64,000 nucleotides of DNA from a virus, in the IMG/VR virus record IMGVR_UViG_3300025431_000004, positions 7,430 to 71,429 of that record; one strand, 5' to 3'. Made by a program: the position numbers and the translations under genes. Below, one piece after another: positions 1 to 8,437 of this stretch (position 1 is its first letter; each line of letters opens with the position of its first letter). Under the pieces are notes generated by a model, which saw only the letters and a list, made by a program, of their open reading frames with translations, did no database searches and had not been told where the DNA came from.

Positions 1-123
1 GTTAAACTTTTTCAGGAGCAGGGTATTACTGAATTTGATCATCCACATTTTGAAGAAATTGTATATATTAAATTAGTCTGCGGTTGTCCCCAATTTCAGT
101 GTGCTGACGGTAAGGAAGACGTT

Positions 124-324
124 ATGTGGCTCGACGGGTACACAGTCCACAAAAAGAAAGTTAAGGCTTGGTTGTGGGAGTGCAAGATCTCTGGTGATTT
201 TTCTGGGGAAGTGAAGTTATACAAGTTGATTACGGATGACCACATTACTTCAGCGCCAAACGACTGGGTAAATGTGACTAAATGGCGAAAAGTCGAAGGC
301 TCTGAAGTGGAGATTGATGAATGA
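124..324 (+). CDS. phage hypothetical protein (start may lie upstream)
   Basis: ORF overlaps next gene ATGA; C-terminus (KVKAWLW...EVEIDE) resembles that of 321..659. Confidence 0.55.
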   Translation: MWLDGYTVHKKKVKAWLWECKISGDFSGEVKLYKLITDDHITSAPNDWVNVTKWRKVEGSEVEIDE

Positions 325-659
325 ATAACAGAGAAGCAATACAGGCAATGTTGGATGGTAAAAAGGTTAGAGATTACAGATGGGAGCCATGTAGGTTTGT
401 AAGTTACTACAATGACGCACTTAGAACTGAGGATGACATACATTTCAACATTAATAGCTATGGAATAGGCGACGACTGGGAAATATACGTCGAACCCAAG
501 AAGAAGGTGAAAATGTGGCAGTGGGTTATTAAGCATTCAGCTAGCGGCAGAATCTGCATTACCGATGGTTTTTACACCGGTAAAGACTCACTTCCATCAC
601 CGCTTGAACCAGTTCAAAAAGCTGAATGGACTGAAATCGAAGTGGAGGTGGATGGATGA
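321..659 (+). CDS. phage hypothetical protein
   Basis: GGAG RBS; EAIQAMLDGKKVR...DDWEIY pattern is common in small phage proteins. Confidence 0.65.
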   Translation: MNNREAIQAMLDGKKVRDYRWEPCRFVSYYNDALRTEDDIHFNINSYGIGDDWEIYVEPKKKVKMWQWVIKHSASGRICITDGFYTGKDSLPSPLEPVQKAEWTEIEVEVDG

Positions 660-722
660 GCAGAGCCATATTGAAGTCTTTGGTGGCTTTGCATTGGACT
701 AAATCGGATATATAGGATTAGT

Positions 723-1208
723 ATGAATAAACCAATCTGGAAGTTTGCGTATGCAAAATCAAACCCATATAAAGATGGATTTTTTTCCATGCCGGAGTTT
801 GAAAAAATAACTAGAAATTTTTTTAGACAGAAAGTTGATATGAAAGAAGTTGGTAGAATAGAACATGATATTGGTGTTGTCAGAGGGATTACACAAGTAT
901 CATATTATTCGTTTCGATGTGATGAATTTACTCACTACGGATTCATAATCGAAGAAACATTTTATATATTTAAAGAGGAAGAAAAAGAGCCTGAAAACAT
1001 AGTGTCTTTTACAGGAAAAACCAGACATGATATACCAGCGGATAAAATATTGGAAAGAGCAATTGGTAAGCTTGATCGAGTTGTAATAATGGGTTACGAC
1101 AGAGATGGCGAAGAATATTTAGCTGCTAGCATGGGTGATCGCACCGAAGTGAACTGGATCATTGATCGACTGAAATATCTATTAATATCAGGTAAGGTTA
1201 ACGAATAA
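723..1208 (+). CDS. phage hypothetical protein
   Basis: AGGA RBS; 161 aa ORF in + strand gene run. Confidence 0.65.
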   Translation: MNKPIWKFAYAKSNPYKDGFFSMPEFEKITRNFFRQKVDMKEVGRIEHDIGVVRGITQVSYYSFRCDEFTHYGFIIEETFYIFKEEEKEPENIVSFTGKTRHDIPADKILERAIGKLDRVVIMGYDRDGEEYLAASMGDRTEVNWIIDRLKYLLISGKVNE

Positions 1209-1363
1209 TAGTAGATACTTTCAAGGTAGAGGACACACAATGAAATGTTTGAACAAGGTATTCGTTTACCAATGATGGGAAATGTTCAGCCATTAACGAT
1301 AATATCTGACACCAAAAAAACAACCAAGTTTAGAATTAAGAAAAACAATAAAGGAAATCATCA

Positions 1364-1564
1364 ATGAGTGAAGAAAAAGAATATCAATCTCACCTACGTT
1401 CATCTAGCTTTATGAGTGTTATGTTTAGTAAGAAGCATAATGTAGATAAAGAGCCTACTAGAACTGTAGATGTCCCAGCAATGACAAGGCGTAGGGAAAT
1501 AGAAGACCGGAATATTGACAAAGAATATAACCCGGGTAACTATTACGATAACTTACTAGAGTAA
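1364..1564 (+). CDS. phage hypothetical protein
   Basis: AAGGA RBS, 66 aa. Confidence 0.6.
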   Translation: MSEEKEYQSHLRSSSFMSVMFSKKHNVDKEPTRTVDVPAMTRRREIEDRNIDKEYNPGNYYDNLLE

Positions 1565-1725
1565 AATTGGGAGCCAGTAGCATGTCATTCTAATTGCGCC
1601 ACCAGTGAAAAAAGAATTGCTACCGGCATAAAATTGGGACGGGAAAGGCGAAGGTTACTACGGATCAATTATATAAGAGGTTAACAAATATAACTACCTT
1701 TTCCCTAGCTCTGGCTAGAACCTGA
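1562..1725 (-). ncRNA. putative small structured RNA (two stem-loop units, each followed by UCCCAAUUUUA)
   Basis: Non-coding; stems 1573-1582/1618-1627 and 1641-1648/1697-1705; 11-nt direct repeat at 1562-1572 and 1629-1639; upstream sigma70-like promoter. Confidence 0.45.
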
Positions 1726-1729
1726 AAGC

Positions 1730-1757
1730 ATTATATTCCATTTTATAATTTTTTCAA
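1730..1757 (-). promoter_or_regulatory. sigma70-like promoter TTGAAA-N16-TATAAT
   Basis: Read directly on - strand. Confidence 0.6.
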
Positions 1758-1846
1758 CAGTTAAACATAAAAATTATTAACTATTTTGTTATAAAAAAAA
1801 TGGAGTAGGGTTGTTTATAGATTCATCACCTACGGAAACAACATCA

Positions 1847-2011
1847 ATGAATATCAAAAAACAAAGCGGTGCAGTACTGGTTGTAAGCATGATTTTATTA
1901 CTGATCTTAACTGTTACTTCATTTTCCATGATTCAGTCATCAAATTTTTATGAAAACATGTCCAGTAATTATCAGGATAGGGAAGTTTCTTTTCAGTTGG
2001 CTCAGGGCTAA
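1847..2011 (+). pseudogene. pilX: N-terminal fragment (54 aa) of type IV pilus minor pilin PilX
   Basis: MNIKKQSG|AVLVVSMILLLILTV...MSSNYQDREVSFQLAQG matches the PilX N-terminal pattern (prepilin leader, hydrophobic helix without Glu5); stops abruptly. Confidence 0.8.
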
Positions 2012-2130
2012 CCTCTGTCCAAGTAGAACCCAAAGGGGAAGCAGCTCTCGAAATCCAATCGCTCGTGGATGAAATTTTATTGAAATTAACCGACTCAGAG
2101 GAGGTGCTAAAAAATGGCACTAACAGCTAA
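2005..2130 (+). pseudogene. parA: 3' fragment of plasmid-type ParA/ParF ATPase
   Basis: Hand translation GLTSVQVEPKGEAALEIQSLVDEILLKL resembles the ParA C-terminal helix; no start; overlaps next gene as in parFG operons. Confidence 0.65.
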
Positions 2131-2314
2131 ACGACCTTCAAAGAATGTGACTGCAAAACAGCTTAGTGATTTGAAAGATAAACCTGAAAAAGTTCGGTTC
2201 AATGCAGACATTCCACGCTCATTAATGAAGAAAATTAAAATGCGCGCTTTTGATGAATAGCTGACACAGACTGACCTAGCGGTAAAAGCATTTAAAGCAT
2301 ATTTGAGTAAATGA
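2114..2314 (+). pseudogene. parG: ParG-like ribbon-helix-helix partition protein, in-frame TAG at 2258-2260
   Basis: MALTAKRPSK...VRFNADIPRSLMKKIKMRAFDE*LTQTDLAVKAFKAYLSK; RHH pattern; GGAGG RBS; follows parA end. Confidence 0.65.
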
Positions 2315-2349
2315 GTACCCACTCAAATGAGTGATTACTCATTTGAGTG
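2304..2349. repeat. ACTCA/TGAGT box cluster with 13-bp inverted repeat (centromere/operator-like)
   Basis: CACTCAAATGAGT-GATT-ACTCATTTGAGTG at 2320-2349 plus TGAGT copies just upstream. Confidence 0.6.
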
Positions 2350-2367
2350 CTGGATAATTCAAGCACC

Positions 2368-2407
2368 TGTGCATAAGTCACATTTGGATTTTCTGGCCTG
2401 TGGATAA
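2368..2407 (-). promoter_or_regulatory. two DnaA-box-like 9-mers
   Basis: TTATCCACA (2399-2407, perfect) and TTATGCACA (2368-2376) on - strand. Confidence 0.5.
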
Positions 2408-2423
2408 CAGGCCATTGTGGTGC

Positions 2424-2458
2424 CTGACAAACGATAACGTAGACTTAACGTTTGTCAG
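2424..2458. repeat. 14-bp inverted repeat with 7-bp spacer, recombinase crossover-site geometry
   Basis: CTGACAAACGATAA-CGTAGAC-TTAACGTTTGTCAG (13/14 arm match). Confidence 0.5.
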
Positions 2459-2524
2459 ACAACCTCACATGCAATAGTCTCCTTCCAAAGATGACAATAT
2501 AAAAATCAAACTGAGGTAATAAGA

Positions 2525-4054
2525 TTGCTCCAATATTCAACTATTGAACCAAAAGATGACATTGCTAGCATTCAAAGCACATTCTTACGCAGTAAGTCTA
2601 TGCCTGCACGTAAGGCCTTAGGGCAATACTTTACTAGCACAATTGTATCTGACTACATGGCTTCATTAGTCAATAAGCCAAAATATAAAACCATTCGTAT
2701 TTTAGACGCAGGGGCAGGAACCGGAATTTTAACTGCTTCCACTGCACTACATTGTTTATATCTTGGCTGTAAAACAGTTCATGCTGTTCTTTATGAATTA
2801 GATATTGAAGCCGTACCGTATCTTGAGCAAACACTAAGAATTGTTGAGAGAACCTTCGATCAGCAAGGAGGGATATTTACCTTTGAAATACACTGTGAAG
2901 ATTTTGTACTTGCAAGACCAGATAAAGATGAAAAAATTCAGCCTTTTGATATTTCTGTTATCAATCCTCCGTACTTTAAATACAGTGTAAAAGACTCTCC
3001 CTATGCAAAGGCAGCATCTGACCTGTACCCCGGTGACCCAAACATTTACGCTTCTTTCGTGGCTGTAGCTATGGCTTGCATAAAAAAAAATGGACAAATA
3101 ATAACCATTACACCTCGTAGTTTCACAAATGGATTATATTTCAAAGGATTCAGGTCGTACCTATTGAAAAAATCAGCTTTAGACCTAATACATATTTTCA
3201 AACATAGAGACAAGGTCTTCAAAAATGCTGATTCAGCAGTCCTTCAAGAAAATATTATTTGTCACTTCATAAAAGAGAATAACCAAGAAGATATAATCAT
3301 TCGTTCAAGTGACAGTGATCTTAATATTAACAACTCCAATGAAGAAAAATACCCTCTTGAATTGATTATTGACCAGTCAAATGAGCAATTCATCATTCGA
3401 ATCCCAGAATCGGCCCAAGAAGCTTGTATTTTACGACAAGCTGAAACCTTCCCAACCACCTTTGAACATGCCGGATACTTTATTTCAACAGGTCGTGTAG
3501 TTGAGCATAGAACACGAAATTACATTACAGAAGACACTAATTCTCTCTGTTCAGTGCCACTTTACCGTCCACATAATATTACACCATTAACGGCAACGTG
3601 GACTGGTAACCATAAAAAAGAAGTATCCTTCATGCTTAACAATGGGCATGAAAAACACACCATAAAGAACGGAACATTTGTATTATTAAAACGTTTTTCC
3701 TCCAAAAACGAAAAACGTCGGTTAGTTTCAGGACTACACCTTAAAAGCACTCATGGCACTGATTTTATTGGTTTTGGAAACAAAACAAACTACATTGGCC
3801 TGAAGGATGGAACACTGACAAAAACTGAAGCATACGGGCTTTCCGCAATATTCAACTCTTCGTTCATGGACCAATATTTCAGATGTATTTCAGGAAACAC
3901 ACAAGTAAATGCAACTGAAATCAGAGTAATGAAGTTTCCAACACGTGAACAGGTGATAAAAATTGGAACGCAAGCGCAGAAGCTGAAAACGACCGAAACA
4001 AGAAAAATTGATTTGATCGTCAATCCTATTTTAAAAATTATAAACATAATTTAA
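2525..4054 (+). CDS. N6-adenine DNA methyltransferase, Eco57I/BsuBI/PstI type
   Basis: GQYFT, ILDAGAGTG (SAM-binding), NPPY (catalytic), LLKRFSSKNEKRR, FRCISGNTQVNATE; adjacent to BsuBI/PstI endonuclease fragment. Confidence 0.92.
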   Translation: MLQYSTIEPKDDIASIQSTFLRSKSMPARKALGQYFTSTIVSDYMASLVNKPKYKTIRILDAGAGTGILTASTALHCLYLGCKTVHAVLYELDIEAVPYLEQTLRIVERTFDQQGGIFTFEIHCEDFVLARPDKDEKIQPFDISVINPPYFKYSVKDSPYAKAASDLYPGDPNIYASFVAVAMACIKKNGQIITITPRSFTNGLYFKGFRSYLLKKSALDLIHIFKHRDKVFKNADSAVLQENIICHFIKENNQEDIIIRSSDSDLNINNSNEEKYPLELIIDQSNEQFIIRIPESAQEACILRQAETFPTTFEHAGYFISTGRVVEHRTRNYITEDTNSLCSVPLYRPHNITPLTATWTGNHKKEVSFMLNNGHEKHTIKNGTFVLLKRFSSKNEKRRLVSGLHLKSTHGTDFIGFGNKTNYIGLKDGTLTKTEAYGLSAIFNSSFMDQYFRCISGNTQVNATEIRVMKFPTREQVIKIGTQAQKLKTTETRKIDLIVNPILKIINII

Positions 4055-4066
4055 CGGAGATATAGC

Positions 4067-4474
4067 TTGGAATTCACTGAACAACAACGAGAAAAACTTA
4101 AACAAGCAAAAACACTACTGACAGCATTGGGTTTACCAAAGGCACAATGTAATGACCGTTCCGGTTGGGTATTTCTAGCACTGGCAAACATTAAACCATT
4201 TGATAACTGGAACAACGCAACTGCGCCTCTATTACCCACAGTAAATATTATGGAATTTATTCGCAATCAATACAGCATGGATTACAAACCAAACAGCCGT
4301 GAAACTATTCGTCGTCAAACACTTCACCAGTTTGAACAAGCACGAGCTATTGATCGTAACCGTGATGACCCCGCAAGAGCGACTAATAGTAAAGACAATC
4401 CATTATATACTGTTAATTACCCGAAACCACCAGCGACAAAAAGGATAATCGGATTACCTCAAAAGAAAAGGTAA
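4067..4474 (+). pseudogene. truncated BsuBI/PstI-family restriction endonuclease (N-terminal domain only)
   Basis: [13 protein letters not shown]...[20 protein letters not shown] motif; similarity appears to end near 4400; no catalytic C-terminal domain. Confidence 0.85.
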
Positions 4475-4507
4475 AATGCTTTAGAATGGACTCTTAATTA
4501 TTTGGAC

Positions 4508-4530
4508 AGCCCTACCTGTAGGGTTTTTTT
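4508..4530 (+). terminator. intrinsic terminator
   Basis: AGCCCTAC-CT-GTAGGGTT followed by T-tract. Confidence 0.7.
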
Positions 4531-4570
4531 ATTCTATACCATGTTTGTACATATAGGAGTAAAAAGAGGA

Positions 4571-4951
4571 ATGAGCAGATTTATAACCATCATAAAAGAT
4601 CGTCTAGGCGGACAATTCGCTGAAGGATTGTATTCTGCGTGGTTGGGGATTGATCCTCCAAAAGAAGTAAAATCAGAGTTGATTCATATCAACTCTTTTT
4701 TTTGGGCAAATTCTCACACTAGGTTTTTTGGTTACGGTAACACTGAGAAGACCTGTGTGGAGAATTTGATTCATAGGATGAGGCGTAACAACAAAAATAA
4801 AGAAACGTTCGGTAGAACACAACTGAGCGACTTTGTGTGTATATTTATGGACTATGATTCACCTGTTGGTGATCGAATAATACAGGTGGGCGGCGACAAA
4901 CAGATCGAACTATGGGGTTTAAAGCCTTGTGATAGAGGGTTTTTAAAATAG
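4571..4951 (+). CDS. hypothetical protein
   Basis: ATG at 4571 after AGAGGA; no family recognised. Confidence 0.6.
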   Translation: MSRFITIIKDRLGGQFAEGLYSAWLGIDPPKEVKSELIHINSFFWANSHTRFFGYGNTEKTCVENLIHRMRRNNKNKETFGRTQLSDFVCIFMDYDSPVGDRIIQVGGDKQIELWGLKPCDRGFLK

Positions 4952-4964
4952 CATGTACTAATCT

Positions 4965-5154
4965 ACCGATTTGCGCCCAAGTGCTCCAGCTATAGTCCTT
5001 CCGCTTGAGTGCAACGAATAGACTTAGCTGGTGGTGAAGGGTAATGGGCAGGAACTGTCCAAGGTAATGAGCCGAGAGTTTTCGGTGTTGACCTACGAAA
5101 CGCTATCTATAGCCGCGTCAGCGGTTTAGGTAGCGTAGTTCATCAAGTGACGGT
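4965..5154 (+). ncRNA. putative multi-stem structured RNA (or ssDNA hairpin array)
   Basis: Four hairpins (4986-5031, 5046-5060, 5062-5094, 5101-5135) within a closing stem 4965-4973/5144-5154; G-U pairs favour + strand. Confidence 0.5.
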
Positions 5155-5182
5155 TTGATTAAGATTTTATGATTGACTAGAC

Positions 5183-5220
5183 AAAAAAATGGGTTGATGG
5201 CAGGACAACCATCAACCCAT
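5183..5220 (-). terminator. intrinsic terminator of primase-helicase gene
   Basis: 12-bp perfect stem ATGGGTTGATGG/CCATCAACCCAT with T-tract on - strand. Confidence 0.75.
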
Positions 5221-5281
5221 TAGGCAGAGCTCACAATGAACGAAACAACTTGTCGGATCGTTAAATACAATATATCAAAAT

Positions 5282-8200
5282 TTACCCGTCATTCCAATCA
5301 ATTTCACTCTTCAATTTTCTCTGGAATGTCAGTCTACAATCTTTTAGAGACTGTATTTCTCTCAAACGATGATTAGAGCCAGCAAATCTACCCGATGAAC
5401 TTTCTCCACCAAGATATTTTGTGAACTCCATGCCGAACCTTTTCATACTTATCTTCTGACCACCAATTTTTAAAGCATCGTGCCACTTTATATACTCATC
5501 GAATATTAGTCTTATTGGTAATAGTGTTGGTTCATCACCGATTTCAAACACATCATCAGCTGCTTGCATTAGCATACCGCCTGCAATTTGTTCACTAACA
5601 TTCATATCATCATCTTTGTTCTTCATTTTTAGCTTAGATTTGTTCTTTGACAGCATAGATAATGTAATCGTACTCTCGAATGCAAATGTTCCCTCGTAAA
5701 GACACTCTCTAAACCAACGAATATGTGAAACATCATGGCCCTGAAGTTTATTTTCAGTCTTTGATTTACTGCTAATTGCAGGTAAAACTCTTGGATTAAA
5801 TCCTGACACATCAACTTTATCCAATATATACCATAGGAATTCATCAAACCGCCCCTTAACTATTTTGCCGTGAACCTCAATATCACCAACACCAAATGAC
5901 TCGGCTAGATTAGAAAAATATTCAAAGTCGCTAACCTTCTTTGAGCTGACATCCAGCACCACAAAACGTCGATCATCAATCTCAATGGGTGCCACCCAGT
6001 CATTATTAGAGCTAATCGCAATATGACTGAAGTTTTTACATAAGACGGGTGTCTTAAATTTGGCTTCAATGTTGCGAATGTCATCAGTCAATTCAGCCTT
6101 TAACTTGCCGGCACCAACATGGTCACCGCCATAAGTCGCCTCGTTATATACGGTAAATAGGTTGAATTGCATCTCACCATTGAACGATTTATGGCTTTCG
6201 CCCGAGTAAGTAAATCCATGACTACCAAAAGCATCGACGATGGCATTCAGAAAAATGCTTTTTCCAGTGCCTTGCTCTTTACTATGAAGCACGATTGCAG
6301 TCTCAGCCTTCAATTGAGGGAACTGAAACATCCTCGCTATCCATTTGATCAGATAATTGAAGGCTTTCTTCCTACCAGCACACACAACATCTTCTAGGTG
6401 CCTAAGACACGCATCAATATGTTTTCTGGATGGGTTACCATCCATATAGATAGAATCATCACTCCAATTATCTGGTCTTCGAGGTCTAACTGTCATGCCT
6501 TCATACATATTCAAGTAGTGGGTAGATGGAATCTCCTCAACGACTTTTGGTAAACCATGTTCAATATATTTGTTAGGTGCTGGTAAAAATACAGCATCGT
6601 AGTAACGTCTCTTATCCTGACTATATGTTTCACGCCAAATTGGAAATATAGATTTGTATTCCAATAAAGTTCTGTCATTCTTTTTGGTTATTAGAGGGAT
6701 TTTATCTTCAATATGGAATTCTTTTCTTGATAAAGCAGTTTTAAATTCAAACTGAAATCTCTCAAAGCTATTGTTCCACTTCTTTTCTACTACATATACT
6801 TCACCATCACGATCAACAACACCATAAACCGAAGAAAACGTTTGTAGCTTATAAGAACTTTCAAATTTAACGATGTCTTCAATTGTTTTTGTTATCTGAG
6901 TACTCTTTTCGAAAGAATAAAACCATTTGTAACTAGTCTTATGTTCATAAGTAGAGAACGACTTCCACAACCCGATGATCGTGCGTCCGCCTTCAAATCT
7001 ATAGCCAATATTATGAATCCACATCTCAAATAGTTCGTATGAGCCTTCTATCTCCATGTATTTAAGATTATATAACGCTTCACCAACTCTAATTATATTA
7101 GAGTCGTTTCGGGGTATGTTGAGCATTCTGAGAAACATATCGGTATGACTAACCAATATATTTGGTCGTCTTCTGATCGCCCTAGTATGAAAATCCTGAA
7201 AATATTCAGTGAAATCAATCGGTGTTTCAAAAGTGATTATGTAGCAAGTGCCGGAATGCGCGTGAGAGTGAATGATCCAGTTGTCTTCGTTCTTAAACAA
7301 CATTGCGATATCAGGCTGACCCCCAGCATATTCAGGCTCCTCTGGGTGCTGCATACGAACGCCGTTCCATAAATCGGGTTCGTTCTTAATGCCATCAATC
7401 ATATCTTCAATAGTAACGGTGCCAAACTCACAAGTATTAAACACCATCAGGCGTTTGTACTCTGCAATTCTCTGCTGACCCTCAAAACTATTTTGATCCA
7501 GAATCAGCTTTACCACATTTTTGCTTTTTGGCACTAAAATGGTCTGGGTTTCTTCAGTTGACCCGTTGCTGCGTGATGATGTTGACGGAATTTTTTTCTT
7601 GACCATGCGTTGCTCATGGCCACGACTCATGGCCAATTCACAACACTCTGTCCAAAATTGCATCAAGCTTTCGCTAGAAACTTCCGGAAGCTGCTCATAT
7701 ACCAGTTTGCCGTGTCCTAAATCAGGGAACCATTCATAAGCATTACCTGATTTGTGATTGCCAATGGCAACAAATTGTTGGCCTTTACCCAGAAGCTCTA
7801 CCTTTCCTGACTGACCAAAATCAATCACGCATTTGGTGAATATATCCCAATCGGCTAAACGGTACGGTATACCTATTCTGGTGCTGTCTTTTCGCTTTCT
7901 TACCGATGATTTGCCTAGGAGTTTAACTGCGAGTTGGAAAATATTCCGTACAAGGTCGGCATCACCATCAATATCAACGTCGATGAAGGGGATTCGTTCT
8001 GTTTTTAGACCAACACCTGCAGACTGTGTAGCAAATGATTCAGCAATATCGTCGATGTATTGAATCTCTTCATTACTTGCAACGTATTCTGACCAATTTT
8101 TAAGGCCGCCCCAGCCATTTTGACTAGGCCAACCGGGAGTTTTTCCACCTTCTTTTATCTTTGTGAAGGGGTTCATTTTTGAATTTAGAGGAATGATCGG

Positions 8201-8317
8201 AACCAAATCACGTTGAAAACCGTTTTTTGCAAAGTAGCCAAAAAGCTTGTGATTATCCAAGTTCAGATCAGATAATTTAAATTGTGTTTGTGTAATCGAC
8301 TGTGAGTTGCCATCCAT
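5282..8317 (-). CDS. primase-polymerase / SF3 helicase fusion (Prim-Pol, PriCT-like, DUF5906-type ATPase)
   Basis: GKTP, FIDVDID, ELLGKGQQFVAIGNHKSGNAYEW (Prim-Pol); EQGTGKS Walker A, SSNNDW, DDRRFVVLDV. Confidence 0.88.
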   Translation of the reverse strand: MDGNSQSITQTQFKLSDLNLDNHKLFGYFAKNGFQRDLVPIIPLNSKMNPFTKIKEGGKTPGWPSQNGWGGLKNWSEYVASNEEIQYIDDIAESFATQSAGVGLKTERIPFIDVDIDGDADLVRNIFQLAVKLLGKSSVRKRKDSTRIGIPYRLADWDIFTKCVIDFGQSGKVELLGKGQQFVAIGNHKSGNAYEWFPDLGHGKLVYEQLPEVSSESLMQFWTECCELAMSRGHEQRMVKKKIPSTSSRSNGSTEETQTILVPKSKNVVKLILDQNSFEGQQRIAEYKRLMVFNTCEFGTVTIEDMIDGIKNEPDLWNGVRMQHPEEPEYAGGQPDIAMLFKNEDNWIIHSHAHSGTCYIITFETPIDFTEYFQDFHTRAIRRRPNILVSHTDMFLRMLNIPRNDSNIIRVGEALYNLKYMEIEGSYELFEMWIHNIGYRFEGGRTIIGLWKSFSTYEHKTSYKWFYSFEKSTQITKTIEDIVKFESSYKLQTFSSVYGVVDRDGEVYVVEKKWNNSFERFQFEFKTALSRKEFHIEDKIPLITKKNDRTLLEYKSIFPIWRETYSQDKRRYYDAVFLPAPNKYIEHGLPKVVEEIPSTHYLNMYEGMTVRPRRPDNWSDDSIYMDGNPSRKHIDACLRHLEDVVCAGRKKAFNYLIKWIARMFQFPQLKAETAIVLHSKEQGTGKSIFLNAIVDAFGSHGFTYSGESHKSFNGEMQFNLFTVYNEATYGGDHVGAGKLKAELTDDIRNIEAKFKTPVLCKNFSHIAISSNNDWVAPIEIDDRRFVVLDVSSKKVSDFEYFSNLAESFGVGDIEVHGKIVKGRFDEFLWYILDKVDVSGFNPRVLPAISSKSKTENKLQGHDVSHIRWFRECLYEGTFAFESTITLSMLSKNKSKLKMKNKDDDMNVSEQIAGGMLMQAADDVFEIGDEPTLLPIRLIFDEYIKWHDALKIGGQKISMKRFGMEFTKYLGGESSSGRFAGSNHRLREIQSLKDCRLTFQRKLKSEIDWNDG

Positions 8318-8437
8318 ATTTTATTTTAGTCCTTTTATAATTATGGATTTTTGTTTTGAATCCTTGATTCAATCGAACCAAAGATATTACTGCGGTGGAT
8401 ACCTTAATGCAAATAAACAAGTATCGAAATAGCCGTA

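Noticed and set aside
2258-2260. Amber stop-codon reassignment
   Set aside because: Several phage genes end cleanly in TAG, long genes are uninterrupted, and no suppressor tRNA was seen; a single nonsense mutation is simpler
1800-4474. Prophage boundary with flanking host chromosome
   Set aside because: Phage-like genes lie on both sides, no integrase or att repeat was seen, and the bacterial genes are fragments
5052-5141. Hammerhead ribozyme
   Set aside because: GAAA-stem-UA half is present but the CUGANGA strand is replaced by UGUCCA; kept only as an unclassified structured element
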